A stretch of 64,000 nucleotides of DNA, from positions 98,768,001 through 98,832,000 of the forward strand of contig NW_024704742.1 in NCBI RefSeq assembly GCF_018977255.1. Reading direction: 5' to 3'. The position numbers and the translations under genes were made by a program. The DNA is from Callorhinchus milii (lineage: Eukaryota). Under the pieces are notes generated by a model, which saw only the letters and a program-made list of their open reading frames with translations, did not search any database and was not told where the DNA came from. Of this stretch, positions 11,885 through 25,371 are shown one piece after another (within the stretch, counting starts at the first letter, position 1; every line of letters begins with the position of its first letter).

Positions 11885-12670
11885 AACAACAAGATTACAT
11901 TTGTATAGCGCCTTTCACGTCGGGAGAACATCCCAAGGCGCTGGACAGTGTACAGCATTTCAGATCCGAGCTGGGGACAGGGAGGGAGAAAGGAGGGGAG
12001 GGGAAGGGGGGTGGCCGATGGCATGGTCAATGAGGAGGGTTTTGAGGCAGGACTTAAAGGAGGCTAAGGAGTGGGTGAAGCAGCATGATTGGGGATGGAA
12101 TTCCAGAGGTTGGGAGCAGAGTGGCTGAAGACTCTCCAGCCAATGGTGGGGCGGGTGGGTCAGGGGACGTGGAGCAGGCCAGAGCCGGCTGAGCGGAGGG
12201 AACGGGCAGGTTGGTAGGGGGTTAGGAGGTTGCAGAGGTAGGGTGGGGTGAGGCCATGGAGGGCTTTGTAGGTGAGGACCAGAATCTTGAACTGGATCAA
12301 TAGGGAGGGATCGGGAGCCATTCAATTTGGGCGAGAATGGGGGAGATGGGGGTCCCAGAGATTGGTGTGGGAGAGGACATGGGCTGCAGAGTTCTGGATT
12401 ATCTGCAGCCTGTGGAGGGAGGAGTTGGAAAGGCTGACAAGCAGGGAGTTTGTATAGTCGAGCCTGGAGGTAATGAAGGCATGATCAAGAGTCTCAGTGG
12501 CCTGAGGGGCGAGGTAGTGGCGGAGTCGGGCGATGTTACGGAGGTGAGGGAAGGCAGAATGGGTCATAGTTTGGATTTGGGGAAGAAAAGACATTTGAGG
12601 GTCGAACAAGACACCTAGATTCCTAACTGGCTTGGTGAGCCATAGAGGTAAATGCTGCCAGAGCCTGAGA
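11885..12670 (-). mobile_element. L2 LINE 3' portion
   Basis: HLRNIARLRHYL..AFITSRLDYTNSLL..LQIIQNSAA; (ttg)n tail. Confidence 0.9.
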
Positions 12671-13007
12671 CCATTGGAACATTGGAGACCAAGATTTTCT
12701 GATTCAACTGTAGAACTGCAGAAGGTATGAAGGATAAACAGTGCTCTTCAGAAAGTTGAATGTACAACCATGCTGCAGAAAGATACCTATCAAATAGCTC
12801 ATGGGAAAACTCTGAAGCTTGGGTAACAGCTGGTGGAAGGTGTTACCTGGAATCCAGATTCGTGAGCAAACATTCATATATCCAGGGCTTGGTATCCACC
12901 TTGACTGGTATGCAGAGAAGTATGCACTTCTATGCTTCCAACCAGTTTCTTTTAAACCTATAATTTCCAATGGTTTCAATGGTTCAAACTGAACAATACA
13001 ATTGACA

Positions 13008-13312
13008 TTCATAGGCACATAGGAATCAGGAACAGGAGTAGACCATTCGGCCCCTCGAGCCTGCCCCGCCATTCAATAAGATCATGGCTGATCTTCTAAC
13101 CTAACTCCATCTGCCCGCCTTATCGCCATATCCCTTAATCCCTTTATCTTTCAGAAATCTATCAATCTCAATCTTGAATATGTTCAAGGACTGAGCATCT
13201 ACAGCCTTCTGGGGTAGAGAATTCCATAAATTCACTAACCTTTGAGCGAAGAAGTGTTTCCTCAACTCTGTTCGAAAAGGCTGACCCTTAATCTTAAGAC
13301 TGTGACCCCTAT
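13008..13312 (-). mobile_element. CR1 LINE 3' end
   Basis: RGHSLKIKGQPFRTELRKHFFAQRLVNLWNSLPQ plus 3' UTR with cctatg tail. Confidence 0.9.
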
Positions 13313-13359
13313 TGCGAGGGCATCTCAAGATGCTTGACAATGGTGAATGGACACCCAAC

Positions 13360-14060
13360 CTAGAGGTGGGAGCTGAGAGGGGTGGCTACAGCAAAGATGA
13401 TTGAAAGTGTGGTCAAAGAATGAGGGGAGGGAAGGAACGGGTTGGACAGATTCCAAAATGGAAGCTCAGAAACTGGAGACTGAATGGCTGAAAGCCCGCT
13501 CTTTGATAATGGGCCGCATAAGGCAAGAGACTATTGTTTGCTAAGCAAAAGGAGCATTGGGTCAGTACAGTTGAAGGAGGTCATGACAGTAGAGTGAGGT
13601 GAGACTGTGGAATGATTTCAAGGTGAGAACAAATGTTTTTAACTTGTTCCAGTAGGGGATGAATGCACATAGCCTTACATAGTCTAATGGGGGAAATGGC
13701 ATAGGTTGTAAAGTTCTGAATAGTTTGCAGCTCACGTGGTGAAGAGCTGGAGAGTCCACTGAGCAGAGCATTGTCATAATCATGTCTAGATGTAATAAAA
13801 GCATGGATGAGGGTCTCAAAAAGAGAGATAGCAGTGAATGCAGGCTGTTTCAGAGTTGAGGAAAAGTTGAAAGCTGAGAGATAAGATCATGGATGTGGGG
13901 ACTAAAAAAAATTTGGGAGTCAATCAAGACACTGAGATTCTGCACTGGATCCACTATATGGTATGTTCATCTATTCAGGTTGATACTGTCAGTATCTGAG
14001 GTGAGAAGGTGCTGATGGAAGCCAAGAAGCAGAGTAGTGGAAGCAATGGAAAGTTTGCTA
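13360..14060 (-). mobile_element. Old L2 fragments
   Basis: Degenerate LIHAFITSRxDY and FVLTLKSFHSL motifs. Confidence 0.55.
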
Positions 14061-14072
14061 GATAATGCTCGC

Positions 14073-14352
14073 AATGGCAAGGTTCTATGCAGTTTTAGCT
14101 GGTTAAACACCAACAACATCCCAGCACATATTCTGGGGTACCAAAGTCGTGGCTCTGGGCAATCTGCACCAAATACTTTCCGGGTGTGTAAGTAGGGTGT
14201 TTCCTCCAGGGAGATAGAGGTATTCTGTTCCAAACAAATGGGAAATTTCCATGCGTAACTGGCACGCATATGTGAAGCTCTTAGTCAAAATATTCTTAAA
14301 CATGACAATGAGCGTCCACGTGTGTCAGACACCTGGCTAACCAAAAAACAAA
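14073..14352 (+). repeat. Unclassified dispersed repeat family A (near complete)
   Basis: atggcaag..gcagttttagctggtt ... ctccagggaga ... tgtgtcagacacctggctaacc, ending in an A-rich stretch. Confidence 0.75.
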
Positions 14353-14769
14353 ATTGTTAATATATCAAACTGTGGAAAACATTAACATGCTCGACCTTGC
14401 CTTGTAGGTGAACTCAGAAATTTGACTTTCTCTGAAGATCAAACTCACCAAACTTCAATGTAAATGTTAGTGGAGCAAATAAATTAAACATTAACATTTA
14501 GATTTAGTTTACCAAAATTTGCCCATGAGATTGAAAGAATTCACTGACAACCAATGTTTCCTATACAAACAAACCTGACTTGTGACCTAAAATAAACAGC
14601 TGAAAATTTCTCACGAAAACTATCCCTTTTCATTCTGAAATGGTAGGCACCTAACTTTTACACAGAAATGCACTGATTTTTGTTAGAGGAATGGAGAATA
14701 CACACAAGTTTATGTAGTATTTAAAATTGTCCAGTTTGTCAACTGGATTAAAATGGAAAAATCAAAGCC

Positions 14770-15462
14770 CAGCTTTCCTTTTTACCAACATCCATTCCCT
14801 GAACAGGAATGCTTTTTTTCACTTACGCCACATTGCCCGCATCCATCCATACCTTACAACCAACGCAGCTGAAACCCTCATCCACACCTTTGGGAGTTCC
14901 CGACTGGCCTATTCAAATGCTCTCCTCGCTGGCCTCCCCAGGTCCACCATACACAAAGCACAATTATTTCAAAACTCCGTCACCCGGATACTTACTTGCA
15001 CAAAACTCCGACCCTTGAAAACTTGAACACGTACTGGGTTCAATTCCCGGCAGGGTGAAACCTTGGGCAAGTTTCCTTACTCCACACACCTAATAATAAT
15101 CCCTCCAAAACAAAACAATAATAAATTGGTCATTTTCAATCCACGACTGTTTGTGGGACACTGCTGTGCGCAACTGGCTGCCGGGTTTCTCCCACAAATA
15201 TACAGTCAATTCACTTTACAGTCTATTCTGTGAAGCGCTTTGAGACATCAAGAAGATGTGGAAAGCGCTATATCAAATGCGAGGATTATTATTATTATTA
15301 TTAACCTCATCACATCGATCCTTGTCAGACTCCACCTGTTCCCAGTTACTGAACAGATCGATTTCAAGATCCTCTCAATTGTTTTCACATCCCTTCATGA
15401 CCTCACACCACCCTACCCATCCCACCTGCTTATCCCGACACCACCACACGCTCCCTCCACTC
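14770..15462 (+). mobile_element. L2 fragment interrupted by a young SINE (15030-15302)
   Basis: AFFHLRHIARIHPYL..SRLAYSN before the SINE and LH.FPVTEQIDFKIL after it. Confidence 0.8.
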
Positions 15463-15828
15463 AGGGTATAGTGGCTGAAGGCACAGCGGAGCGGAGGGTA
15501 TGAGGGACAAACAGGAGGCTGGAGCAAATGTATGTATTAGCAAATGTAGAGGCATTGGGAACCCCAAAGAGTGCATTCAGTTATGAGTGGATTTATATCA
15601 GCCAAAATTGCAGTTTACCAGAACTAGGCACCATCAAGTTTCCCATTGGCAGTTTACCTTGAATCACTCCACCTAATAGGACATTGATTGTCATGATTGT
15701 ATCTGCAATGAATCCCTTCCCCAGTGACTCGTCTACTCCTTGAAAGACCCATTGCAGGAAGTCACTCATTAACAGTGCCCAGAAACACTCACTGATTCAG
15801 GTATTTGAGCAAAGGAAACAAAGGAATT

Positions 15829-18800
15829 ACAACAACAACAACAAGATTCCATTTATAGAGCGCCTTTCACGTCGGGAGGACGTCCCAAGGCGCTGGACAG
15901 TTGGGTCAGGACCCGAGCAGGGGGGAAATGGTGAGGGGAGGAAAGGGAGGGAGCGAGGAGGGGGTAGAGAGTCGAGAGGGGAGCTGAAGGCAAGGTCAAA
16001 GAGAAAGGTCTTGAGACCGGCCTTGAAGGAGGAAAGGGAGGAGGCGGCGAAGGCACTTGGGGATAGAGTTCCAGAGCCTCGGGGCTGAGAGACTGAAGGC
16101 CCGGCCACCGATGGTAGGGCGGTTGGGGCGGGGGATGTGGAACAGACCGGAGCCAGAGGAACGGAGGGTACGGGCAGGTAGGTAGGGGGATAGTAGGTCG
16201 GAGAGGTAGGAGGGAGCAAGGCCGTGAATGGCCTTGTAGGTAAGGATGAGGATTTTGAAATCGATCCTCTGGGGGATGGGGAGCCAGTGGAGGCGAGCGA
16301 GGGTGGGAGTGATGTGGTCCCGAAGCCTGGTGCGGGACAGTACACAAGCTGCAGAGTTCTGAATGACCTGCAGCTTGTGGAGGGAGGTGCCGGGAAGGCC
16401 GGCGAGGAGAGAGTTCCCATAGTCCAGCCTTGAGGTGATAAAGACGTGAACCAGAGTTTCAGCAGCGTGAGGGGTGAGGTAGTGCCGTAGTCTGGCGACA
16501 TTCTGGAGGTGATGGAAGGCGGTGCCAGTTGTGGCGCGGATATGAGGGAGAAAGGATAGCTCAGGGTCGAAGAGAACACCAAGGTTCCTGACTGTCTTTG
16601 AGAGGGACACCGCACGAGACAGTGCGGGGGCTGGAGGAAAAACCATTCGTGGAAACAAAGTGAAGACGGTGGGAGAGGTACGACCTAAACCACTCAAGGA
16701 CAGGGCCTTAAAGGTTGAGGTGGGAGGACAAGCGGTGGAGGAGGATAGCATGGTCGACCGTATCGAATGCTGCCGATAGGTTGAGGAGGACGAGGAGGCA
16801 GAGGGAGCCCTGGTCACAGATGGTCAGGATGTCATTGGTGACCTTGACCAGGGCAGTTTCTGTGCTATGGGCAGCACGGAAACCTGACTGAAGGGGTTCG
16901 AATAATGAATGGGTGGAGAGGAAAGAGCGCAGCTGGGAGGCGACAACTCGTTCCAGGACCTTGGACAGGAAGGGGAGGTTGGAGATGGGCCGGTAGCTTG
17001 ATAGCTATGACGCATCAAGGGAGAGTTTTTTTAAGGTGGGAGTGATGGTGGCAGTTTTTAAGGGAATGGGAACAGAGCCAGAGGAGAGGGACAGGTTGAC
17101 GATGTCTATGATATGTGGGGCAAGGAGGTGGAGCTGGGAGATAAGGAGTGGAGTGGGGATGGGGTCAAGGGAGCAGGTGGTGGGTTTCAGGGATAGGATG
17201 AGTTTGGTGACAGAGGGTGGGGAAACGGGTACGAAAGTGTGTAGGGGAGGATGGGTAGGAGTCGGAGTGTGGGAGGGAGGGGGTGGGGGGGTGGGTAGAT
17301 ATTGGAGGGGAAGTGACCGCGGAGCGATTTACCCTGATTTTGGGTTCAAGGAAATCCAGCATCTCCTCGCAGTGAAGGTTGGAGGAGATGACCTGCGCGG
17401 GGTGGCGGGGGGGACGGAGGAGTCGGGATGTGGTAGAAAACAGTAGCCTGGGGTTGTTCTTCGCCTCCAGGATTATCCTGGAGTAGAAGGACGACTTGGC
17501 CGAGGCTAGAGTGGAGCGGTAGATTTTGAGGAGGTCCAGCCAGATTTGTCGGTGGACCGTTAGGCCAGATTTGACAGGTGCGTTCAGGCCCGCACCTGGC
17601 TCTTCAGTGAGCGGAGGTGGGTGGTGAACCAGGGGGAGGAGCGAGAGTAGGAGACAGTACGGGAGGTGATGGGGGCAAGAGTATCGAGTGTGGAGGAGAG
17701 GGTGTTGTGGAGGAGGGTGAGAGGAGAAGAGGGGTCAGTGAGGGTTGAAGGCCAGAGGGAGAGGAGTTCAGAGGACTCCAAGGCAGCGGTTAGGGATTGT
17801 GGGGGTAACTTCTTCCAGGGCGGTAGAAGATGGTGGTGGGTCTGGTGGAGGTGGTGAAGGAGATGATGTGGTGGTCGGAGACGGCCTTGTCGGTGATAGT
17901 GACATCCGAGACATTGAGACCCTGGGTGATCACCAAGTTGAGTGGGGGAGTTGATGTGGAGGGCGAGGTTGAGCGAGGAAAGCAGGGAAGAGAAATCTGA
18001 GGAGATGGAGCAGGAGGGGGTGAAGTGCAGGTTGAAGTCGCCCAGGATGATGAGGCGATCAGAGCAGAGGCAGAGAGATGTAAGGAGTGTCGAAATATCG
18101 GAGATGAAGGTGGGAGAGGTTTTAGGGGGCCGGTAGAGGAGGAGGATTTTGAGCGAGAGGAAGGAGGGGTGGGAGAGGGTGAGGTGCTCGAAAGAGGGGA
18201 AAGAGCCAGAGGAGTAGGGGGATAGGGCAAGTGGTGTCCTTGAGATAAGGGCTACACCACCGCCACGGCGGTTGGGGCGAGGGATGTGGTGGGAGGTGTA
18301 GCCGGGTGGTGTGGCCTCCGTGAGGGGGAAGGTGTCGCCTGGGGTGAGCCAGGTTTCCGTTAAGGCCAAGGTGTCAACGCACTCATCAAGGATGAGATCG
18401 TTGATGACCAGGGCCTTGTTACAGAGGGAGCGGACGTTTTGTAGTCCGATGTGGAGGGAGCGGTTGACAGAAGGGTGTGTGGGGAGGGAGGGGGGTCCAG
18501 GTTGTGAGGCAGGGGTGGGGGAAATGGGGATGAGGGAGGAGAGGTTGGCTCCCCGGGTCTGTGTCCGGGGTGGCTGGCGAGTGTGGTGGGGAATGGGGCA
18601 GTCGGTGTGGCTGCTGCTGGACAGCCAACGCCGAGTGCCACGGTGAGCCCGGCGGAGGATTCCCAGACTGGAACAGAGGGAGGTTGTGGGAGGGTCAAGT
18701 GGGGATAGAAGACGAGAGGGACGGAGAGAGAGGAGGACAGAGCGGGAGAGATGCAGAGGGGGAGGGTTTGGGGGTAGAGAGGAGGGAGGAGGGAGGGAGG

Positions 18801-18970
18801 GGGTGAGGGGGCTCGGGTCAAAGCGGCAGCCATAGTGCGCACGTGGGGACCGGGAGTGAGCGGTCAGATGGATGGCATTATCCCGTAGGCTGGGGCTGGG
18901 GCAGCCAACCCAAAAGGACCATGGTAGCCCTGGTGTGAGCCCTGGGGGAGGGGGGGAGGGGGGGGGGGGG
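15829..18970 (-). mobile_element. Long, young-looking L2 LINE with AP endonuclease and partial RT; defective
   Basis: Endonuclease motifs ALTETWL, RRGGGVAL, YRPPK, IILGDFN (17.6-18.45 kb); RT N-terminal region at 16.6-17.2 kb; L2 C-terminus SRLDYGN/LHWLPI; (ttg)n tail; frameshifts and internal deletions. Confidence 0.92.
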
Positions 18971-18971
18971 G

Positions 18972-19300
18972 AACCGGAGGAGGCCGTTCAGCTCATTATG
19001 CTTGTTCCATCAGTTCATTAGATATTGGAAGATCTTTTAATCCAAATACACCCCCCCACCACCTCACCCTCGCCATATCCTTTAACATTATTACCCAATT
19101 ATCTGTCTAACTCTATTTTAAACATCCCTGATTGGTTCTGTCTCAACAGCTTTCTCTGTGTGAAGAAAAACTTCCTGACCTCAGTTCTAATTGTCTTAGT
19201 TTGAGTTTAAAGATGACGTCTCCTTGTAGTGAATCTGTCTTCTAGAAGGAAGAGTAATCCACTATCTAAACTGCCAATCAATTTCATTATTTTAAACAGC
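18972..19300 (-). mobile_element. CR1 3' end, probable host of the long L2
   Basis: ggaggaggccgttcagc.. and tgtgtgaagaaaaacttcc; its terminal ggaaacaaaggaatt lies at ~15814-15828 on the far side of the L2. Confidence 0.55.
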
Positions 19301-20761
19301 TCATCTTTTTTCCCCTTTCACCAGGCATGGTAGCATGGAGCCATTGCAATCCACTTAACTCCTCTGGTTTAAAATGAAGCCTATTCCTCCCAGAGAACAA
19401 TCACAAGTTGGGTGTCTAAGGGAGAAACAGAGCCCAAAATGCAATGCATCATTTGGTGATATTGTATGCAATTGATACAATAATGATTTTATTATGATTC
19501 ATGTTGTGATTTATTTGTAAAGAAATGAGAAAGAGTTTATCAAACTGTTTATCAAGTAGACAATGTGCCTTTAAGATTCGAACAAATAATAAGTAACCTA
19601 TTTTTTGTGGTATTAAATACTTAAAAGGCATAAAGAACAGGATTAGCCATTTTTTAATTGAACCAGAAACAAAACCAGATGTTAACCACTGCACAGTTAA
19701 GTACATTCAGGTTGACTGGAAATAATTCACAAAAATAAAGAACTTTTTCATAATTGTTCTTGCCATGATTATGAGATTAAGCAAGCAATAACTTTCTCTC
19801 AATTTAAACATGTCTGTTTTTACAACTGATCTGTTTACTGTTAAGATATCTTTGTTTTTCAAAATATGTTTTTCGTTAATTAAAATCTTAATTTGTGAAA
19901 TGTGGGAAAAGAGGAAACTTTGTAATGTATTTTTTTCATTCTCAGTGGCAATCCATCCAACTGTCAGTTTTGAAAAGAACAGCTCACACAGCACAGTTTC
20001 ATCCAAACCCTCAAGACTTGTTTGTAGGAAACATTCTAGTGGCCTGGTTGTGTGTTTTGGATTTGGCCCAATCTGGAGAGGGAAATATATAATTAAGTTA
20101 AAGGGGCCTCAGTGGAAGTGTGTAGATTTTTGTAACATTTGTTGTAAAACACTCTGAGATCTTACCCGCATGAAGGGCGCTATATAATTGCATATTGTTC
20201 CTTTTAATTTTGCTCTTAATTTTCCTTTTAGTTAGCTATTTCAGTGCATTTGCCTATAAAATACACTGTCACTACACAGCAAATCCTGTGAAGTGCTTTG
20301 AGACATCAGCCCTTCGTGACAAGCACTGTATCAAATGCAAGGATTGTTTATTTATACATTTCCTCTCTTATTGGATACATTATGTCAGATTCTTAAAGTG
20401 GTGGGGAATAAAACTATCATGTGCAGCAGAGCAATGCTTTTCGCTTCAGGTATAATTACAATTTGTTCCATGACTCTATTATAGGGTGTTTTGCTTTAGA
20501 GGATATTCTGGATTATAAAATGCTCTGCATTATAGAGCATTATAGAATTTTCTGTATTGCAGGGTGTTCTGTACCATGTTAAAAATGTAACTCACACTCT
20601 CCCGATTTTACATAAGAAACTACACAGGTACAACATCATGTTTCAACATTTAACACAAGTATAAAAAGATTTATAACATCCTGTTCTCATTCCTCAGTGG
20701 TCCAGTGAGCAGATAACAATCATGATAACAAATTCTGTATTTTCTTTCACAGTCACGATCG

Positions 20762-21185
20762 TTCTTTTCATTGGAGAAAGAAGATTGAGAGTAGACGTGC
20801 TCCAAGCTTGCAAAATGCTTAGAGGCATCAATGATATAGATATGAACAGGCTGTTTGACTGTCTGTAAGCCCAGAGCTATAGGAGTCAGGTTTAAAACTA
20901 AGCTTTCAGGAAGAAACTTGTTCACCAGAATAGAAGATGTATGAACCAAACACCCAGCAAAAGCAATCGATGCTCTATTTATTGACGCCTTCGTAGAGGT
21001 ACTGGATTAATGTTTGGCAGATGATACAGCTGGTCCTGGAATAGAAATGGAGATGCAGAGATAGGTGGAATGGACTCCGAAGGGATAGACTTAGGTGATC
21101 AAATACATTGTGGAACATCACTGTTGGAGTCAAGGGAAGGTGATGCTGGCTTTTGAGGGAACTAGACCAACTTGAATAATGAAAA
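20762..21185 (+). mobile_element. Old CR1 3' fragment
   Basis: Degenerate FSLEKRRLR.D...KMLRG and FRKKLVHQ motifs. Confidence 0.55.
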
Positions 21186-21503
21186 TCTGGATGACTGATG
21201 AATATTCCTGCATTTTGCTTCATTATTTTTGTAGATATAGAGAGTATCTAAGCAGAGCTGTACTTTAGAAGATGTATGAGTGGGTGAGGTATTGTCTGTC
21301 TATGCACTGTAGCAGAACAAACATAAAAGAATAAAACTGGCCTTTTCTCATGTCTTCAGTAGATTAAGAATGTGATATCAATTCTCTATTTACATTCTAA
21401 CATTAAGTTTAGTAAATGAGCCAAGTATCCTGCCCTCAACCATCATTGTCAGCAATGCAACTGTTGATAAGTCCCTGTGGGCGGGAGGATGGTGGCAGTT
21501 TGT

Positions 21504-21820
21504 GGAGTCCTGTAGCTCAGTGGTTAGAGCGCTCACCTTGCAAGTGAGACACCTGGGTTCAATTCCAGGCAGGGCGAAACCTTGGGCAAGTTTCCTTACT
21601 CCACACTCCTAATAATAATCCCTCCAAAACAAAACAATAATACATTGGTCATTTTCAATTCACGACTGTTTGTGGGACACTGCTGTGCGCAATTGGCTGC
21701 CCAATTTTGCCCACAAATATACAGTCAATTCACGTTGCAGTCCATTCTGTGAAGCACTTTGAGATGTCGAGAAGACGTGAAAAGCGCTATATCAAATGCA
21801 AGGATTATTATTATTATTAT
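21504..21820 (+). mobile_element. Young tRNA/Deu SINE, full length
   Basis: ggagtcctgtagctcagtggttagagc..gggttcaattcc head; tgtgggacactgctgtgcgcaattggctgcc Deu core; (tta)n tail. Confidence 0.9.
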
Positions 21821-22324
21821 AATGCTTAGTTATGCTGTTCATGTGGCTCAAGAGGAGTTCCTAATTTGCATTTAGTGAGGACTCAAACTACTATGATGCC
21901 TAATAACCAACAAGTGACTCTTTTACTTTGGAGGAGGTGAGTGCGGTCTCTTTAGAGCTAAACTTGCATATAGTTGATGTGCCTAGGAACACATTATTGG
22001 AATCAAGTTAACCCACTGTGGCGATCTTGGTAGTCTGGGTACCAGGTCAGTTGAGTCTGCAGTATTCCAGGGCATTGCTGATGACAGACCTACCAGCCTT
22101 GCTCATTAGTGGAACCTGGAGGAGCAGAGCAGTCACTGGAAGCAGGGATTCTTCCCATTTGATTTGTTAATCCTGCAACTCAAAACACTGAGGGGTAAAT
22201 TGATCGTAGTTGGACAAGTATGCAATAGAAAATTGCAAGGATTTAGTTGCTTAAACTCCAGCAGTACTCCAATACTCATTCTAGCACCCCCTCCCCACAC
22301 ATACATTGACTCTTATAATAATAT

Positions 22325-22750
22325 GATAATAATGATCGTTACATTTGATGTAGTGCCTTTCACATTACAAAAATGCCTCAAAACGCTTAAAAGGATTTTA
22401 CTGTAAAGTATGGTGACTCTAATTGTAGATATATGTAGCAGCCAATTTGTGCACGGCAATGTCCCCAAAAAAGCCATGAAGTGAATGACCACTTTTATTT
22501 GGGAGATTGTTGGCCAAAAGCACGGGGGACATTCCCTTCCTTTTTTAAAATAGGGCAAAATAATGTCCACCTGATAGGCCCAGTCTACACCATTTGGCTT
22601 ATCCAAAGGACAACACCTCGAACAATACAACACACCCCATTACTGCATTGGAGTGTCAGCCTAGACTCTAGACTATGTGAGTTTAAAGTCCCAACATGGG
22701 GTTTGAACCCACAACATTCTAACTCAGAGGTGAGAGTGCTGGCAAGTGAG
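22325..22750 (-). mobile_element. Old Deu-domain SINE
   Basis: Reverse-complement copy of the 1094-1488 family including the tRNA head. Confidence 0.7.
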
Positions 22751-22934
22751 ACGGGTTCTTGCCAATATGTGTCTAAACTCTCAAGGATTAGGGAGCGTCA
22801 CTCCATAAAGAGAGTGCAGACTACATACCAGATAAACAGAAATTTACATACAAATATGGAACTTTCAGTAACTTGGTTTGGAGACTTTTAAGTATGGTAG
22901 TGGGTTTCCAAGTATGTCAGAAACCAAAACAAAT

Positions 22935-23220
22935 TAGCCTCTGTGTAAAGAAATACTTCCTGACAAATGTCATAATATTGCTGTTCATACCCCTGAACCA
23001 GTCTCCTCTTATCCTGCCCCCATTGTGTATCTGCATTTTCTATCCCATTTAGCACCTTATACACTTCTGTAAGGTCCCTTCCAGGACACCTTTTTCAGGA
23101 TTGAAGAGCCTTAGTTTAACTAGGAGTTCATTGTAGCTTATCTCTATATCACTGGGGATCAGCTTTATTACCCTTCACTGTACTGACTCTTGAGTCTGGT
23201 TGCCCCTAGAGTTCTGAGCT
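22935..23220 (-). mobile_element. Old CR1 fragment
   Basis: Minus strand has ctcttcaatcctgaaaaag and caggaagtatttctttacacagagg motifs. Confidence 0.5.
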
Positions 23221-24139
23221 AAGACCGTAACAACAATAACAACTTGCATTGATGCAGCGCCCTTTGATACAGCCTTTGTAGTTCACATAACAACTAATGC
23301 AAGGAACATCCATCTGAACATGACAGAAGAACACATCTATGTCCTTCATATGGAAGACTTATAGAACTATTCACAAACATTATTATTATTATGATGATGA
23401 CAAATACATTCTAGATATTGATGGAACACATTGACACATACCCTGTATAGCATATATTCATAAAACAAACACATATCATTCAAAACATTAGATATATCCA
23501 TTTACAAACAAATGATTTAATGTAAAAATAGGTTTCATGACAATGCTTAACTCAAAGTACTCCAGTACTTTTTTTCTTTACAGTTTTTTTTGCTATGAGC
23601 TTTCTTGGTTTTAGAGAGCTATATGGAAAGCTTTTTGTGATCCACTCAATTACGATACTCTGAACATTCATATAAAGGAAAAGTGCAACACATTTTTCTT
23701 TACGTGTTGTCAGTAATTCTTTTGTGTCCCAGTAAAGAGACTGATAGTACTTAATTCATTCAGGTCTAATGCTTATCCTATTTCAGGCCTCCATTTGTAG
23801 AAAGCTACCATTCATAATATACCATTCAGCAATATGTGTGATCAGTGAAGCAAAGTCACAATGACAAAACATTCATCGACATATTCAAAGCACAAAGCCT
23901 TCAGTTTCAATCTGAAACACTGTCTTTGGTGGTTCTTAGCTGAGAATATTGTGTGTTTATCATGCCATACAAAAACAATGTTTTCATACCCTAATTCCTT
24001 TTTCCTGTTTCTTTTCATAAAAAGATCTTTTCGAAACCCAGTTTGAGCTCATAAAAGAAAATACCAGTTGTTTATTACTTCAACATGTAAAGATGGAAAA
24101 TTGGAACTGAAGAATACATAGCTAACTCTTGGCCTCTGT

Positions 24140-24580
24140 TTGAGCTTCAAATCCTTTCACAATCTTGCACCTCGCTATCTTTGCAATCTCCTTCAGCTTC
24201 TGCTGACACAATTGAATCCTATCACCACGCTTAAAATTCTCTAAAGCAAAGTACTCAGAGTCCCACATATGTAATCTCCAGTTATTTCGTCCTTTCTCTC
24301 CTGCTTCTAGTCTACTGCTCATTCCTCAATTCCTCTGAATTATCATGAGTAGCTGAGCCTTCAGCCATAATGCCTTTACTCTCTGGAACTCTTCCTAAAC
24401 CACCTTGCCATTCACTTTCTATTCCTACCTTCAAAACCTTCTTAAAATACATTTTTGACTAATAGGGTCAATATCCCTATATTCCCTTTCCTTCCTGTTT
24501 GGGAATCTCCTTACATCATCTCTGTGAAGTACTTTTGAGATGTTTACCTTATGGAAAATGTGCAATACAAGTTCAGATTA
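24140..24580 (+). mobile_element. Old L2 3' fragment
   Basis: gccttcagccataatgcc..ctctggaactc..ttcaaaaccttcttaaaa and an L2-like tail. Confidence 0.55.
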
Positions 24581-25371
24581 TTTTTGACTACCTTGACCAC
24601 AATGACACTTCATTAGAGAGTAGCCTAGGGTTACCGAGCTGAATTAAAAAAACACATCTCTCTTTTAGATGTATTTGATTCCTAAACAATGTGCATTCAA
24701 TTAAAGAACTGAAGATATTAAACTGCAATCCTAAAACTGTATTACATAATGATAACTACTGTTGTTCACTGATGGGAGAACATATAGGGAATTGAACGGG
24801 CTAGATCATGGGTTGATTAGTAATGAAGAACAGATTAATATTGCAAGTCCACCTTTATAAACCATCTTCACATGTGTATTGCACAAGGAAAAGTAACACA
24901 AATTACTGTAGATTACAATCTCTCCTTCACCCATATTCCCCTTCTCTGTCCAGCTCAGTGTCAAACCACACGCTGTTAAGTGTGCTACATAAATGTAAAG
25001 TATTGTTGTTGTTTTCGCTGTAGAGGAATCCAAGGACCCATCAAAACCCACGTTTTTTTACAGCAACTGCAATCCACTCAACTGTAATGCGAAACAAACA
25101 CCTGTCTCCTCCCCTCTGTCCTCCTTGGAGAGGAAGGTCTCATTAGAGTTGAATTGGCTCCAAGATGACATGCTTGCCAACGGAATGTCAGAATGTCAGA
25201 ATCAAGCCAACCCTCTGTGGTGGTCCTAGAAGTCCACTTCCTGAGCTAGGCAGGTCCATAGTAATCCAAAGCACTGCTGATGATAGCGCAGCCTTCTTAG
25301 CTCATCAGCAGGATCTGGAAAGGCAGTAGGTGGTCGTATTGGACAAGCATCAGGATAGCTTGGCAGACAGT

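Noticed and set aside
15827..18842. Many overlapping Pro/Ser- or Gly-rich ORFs
   Set aside because: Alternative frames of GC-skewed L2 sequence, not host genes
21504..21575. tRNA-Ala-like cloverleaf (also at ~10.7, 37.0, 44.1 and 45.2 kb)
   Set aside because: These are SINE heads continuing into the SINE body, with imperfect acceptor stems; not tRNA genes
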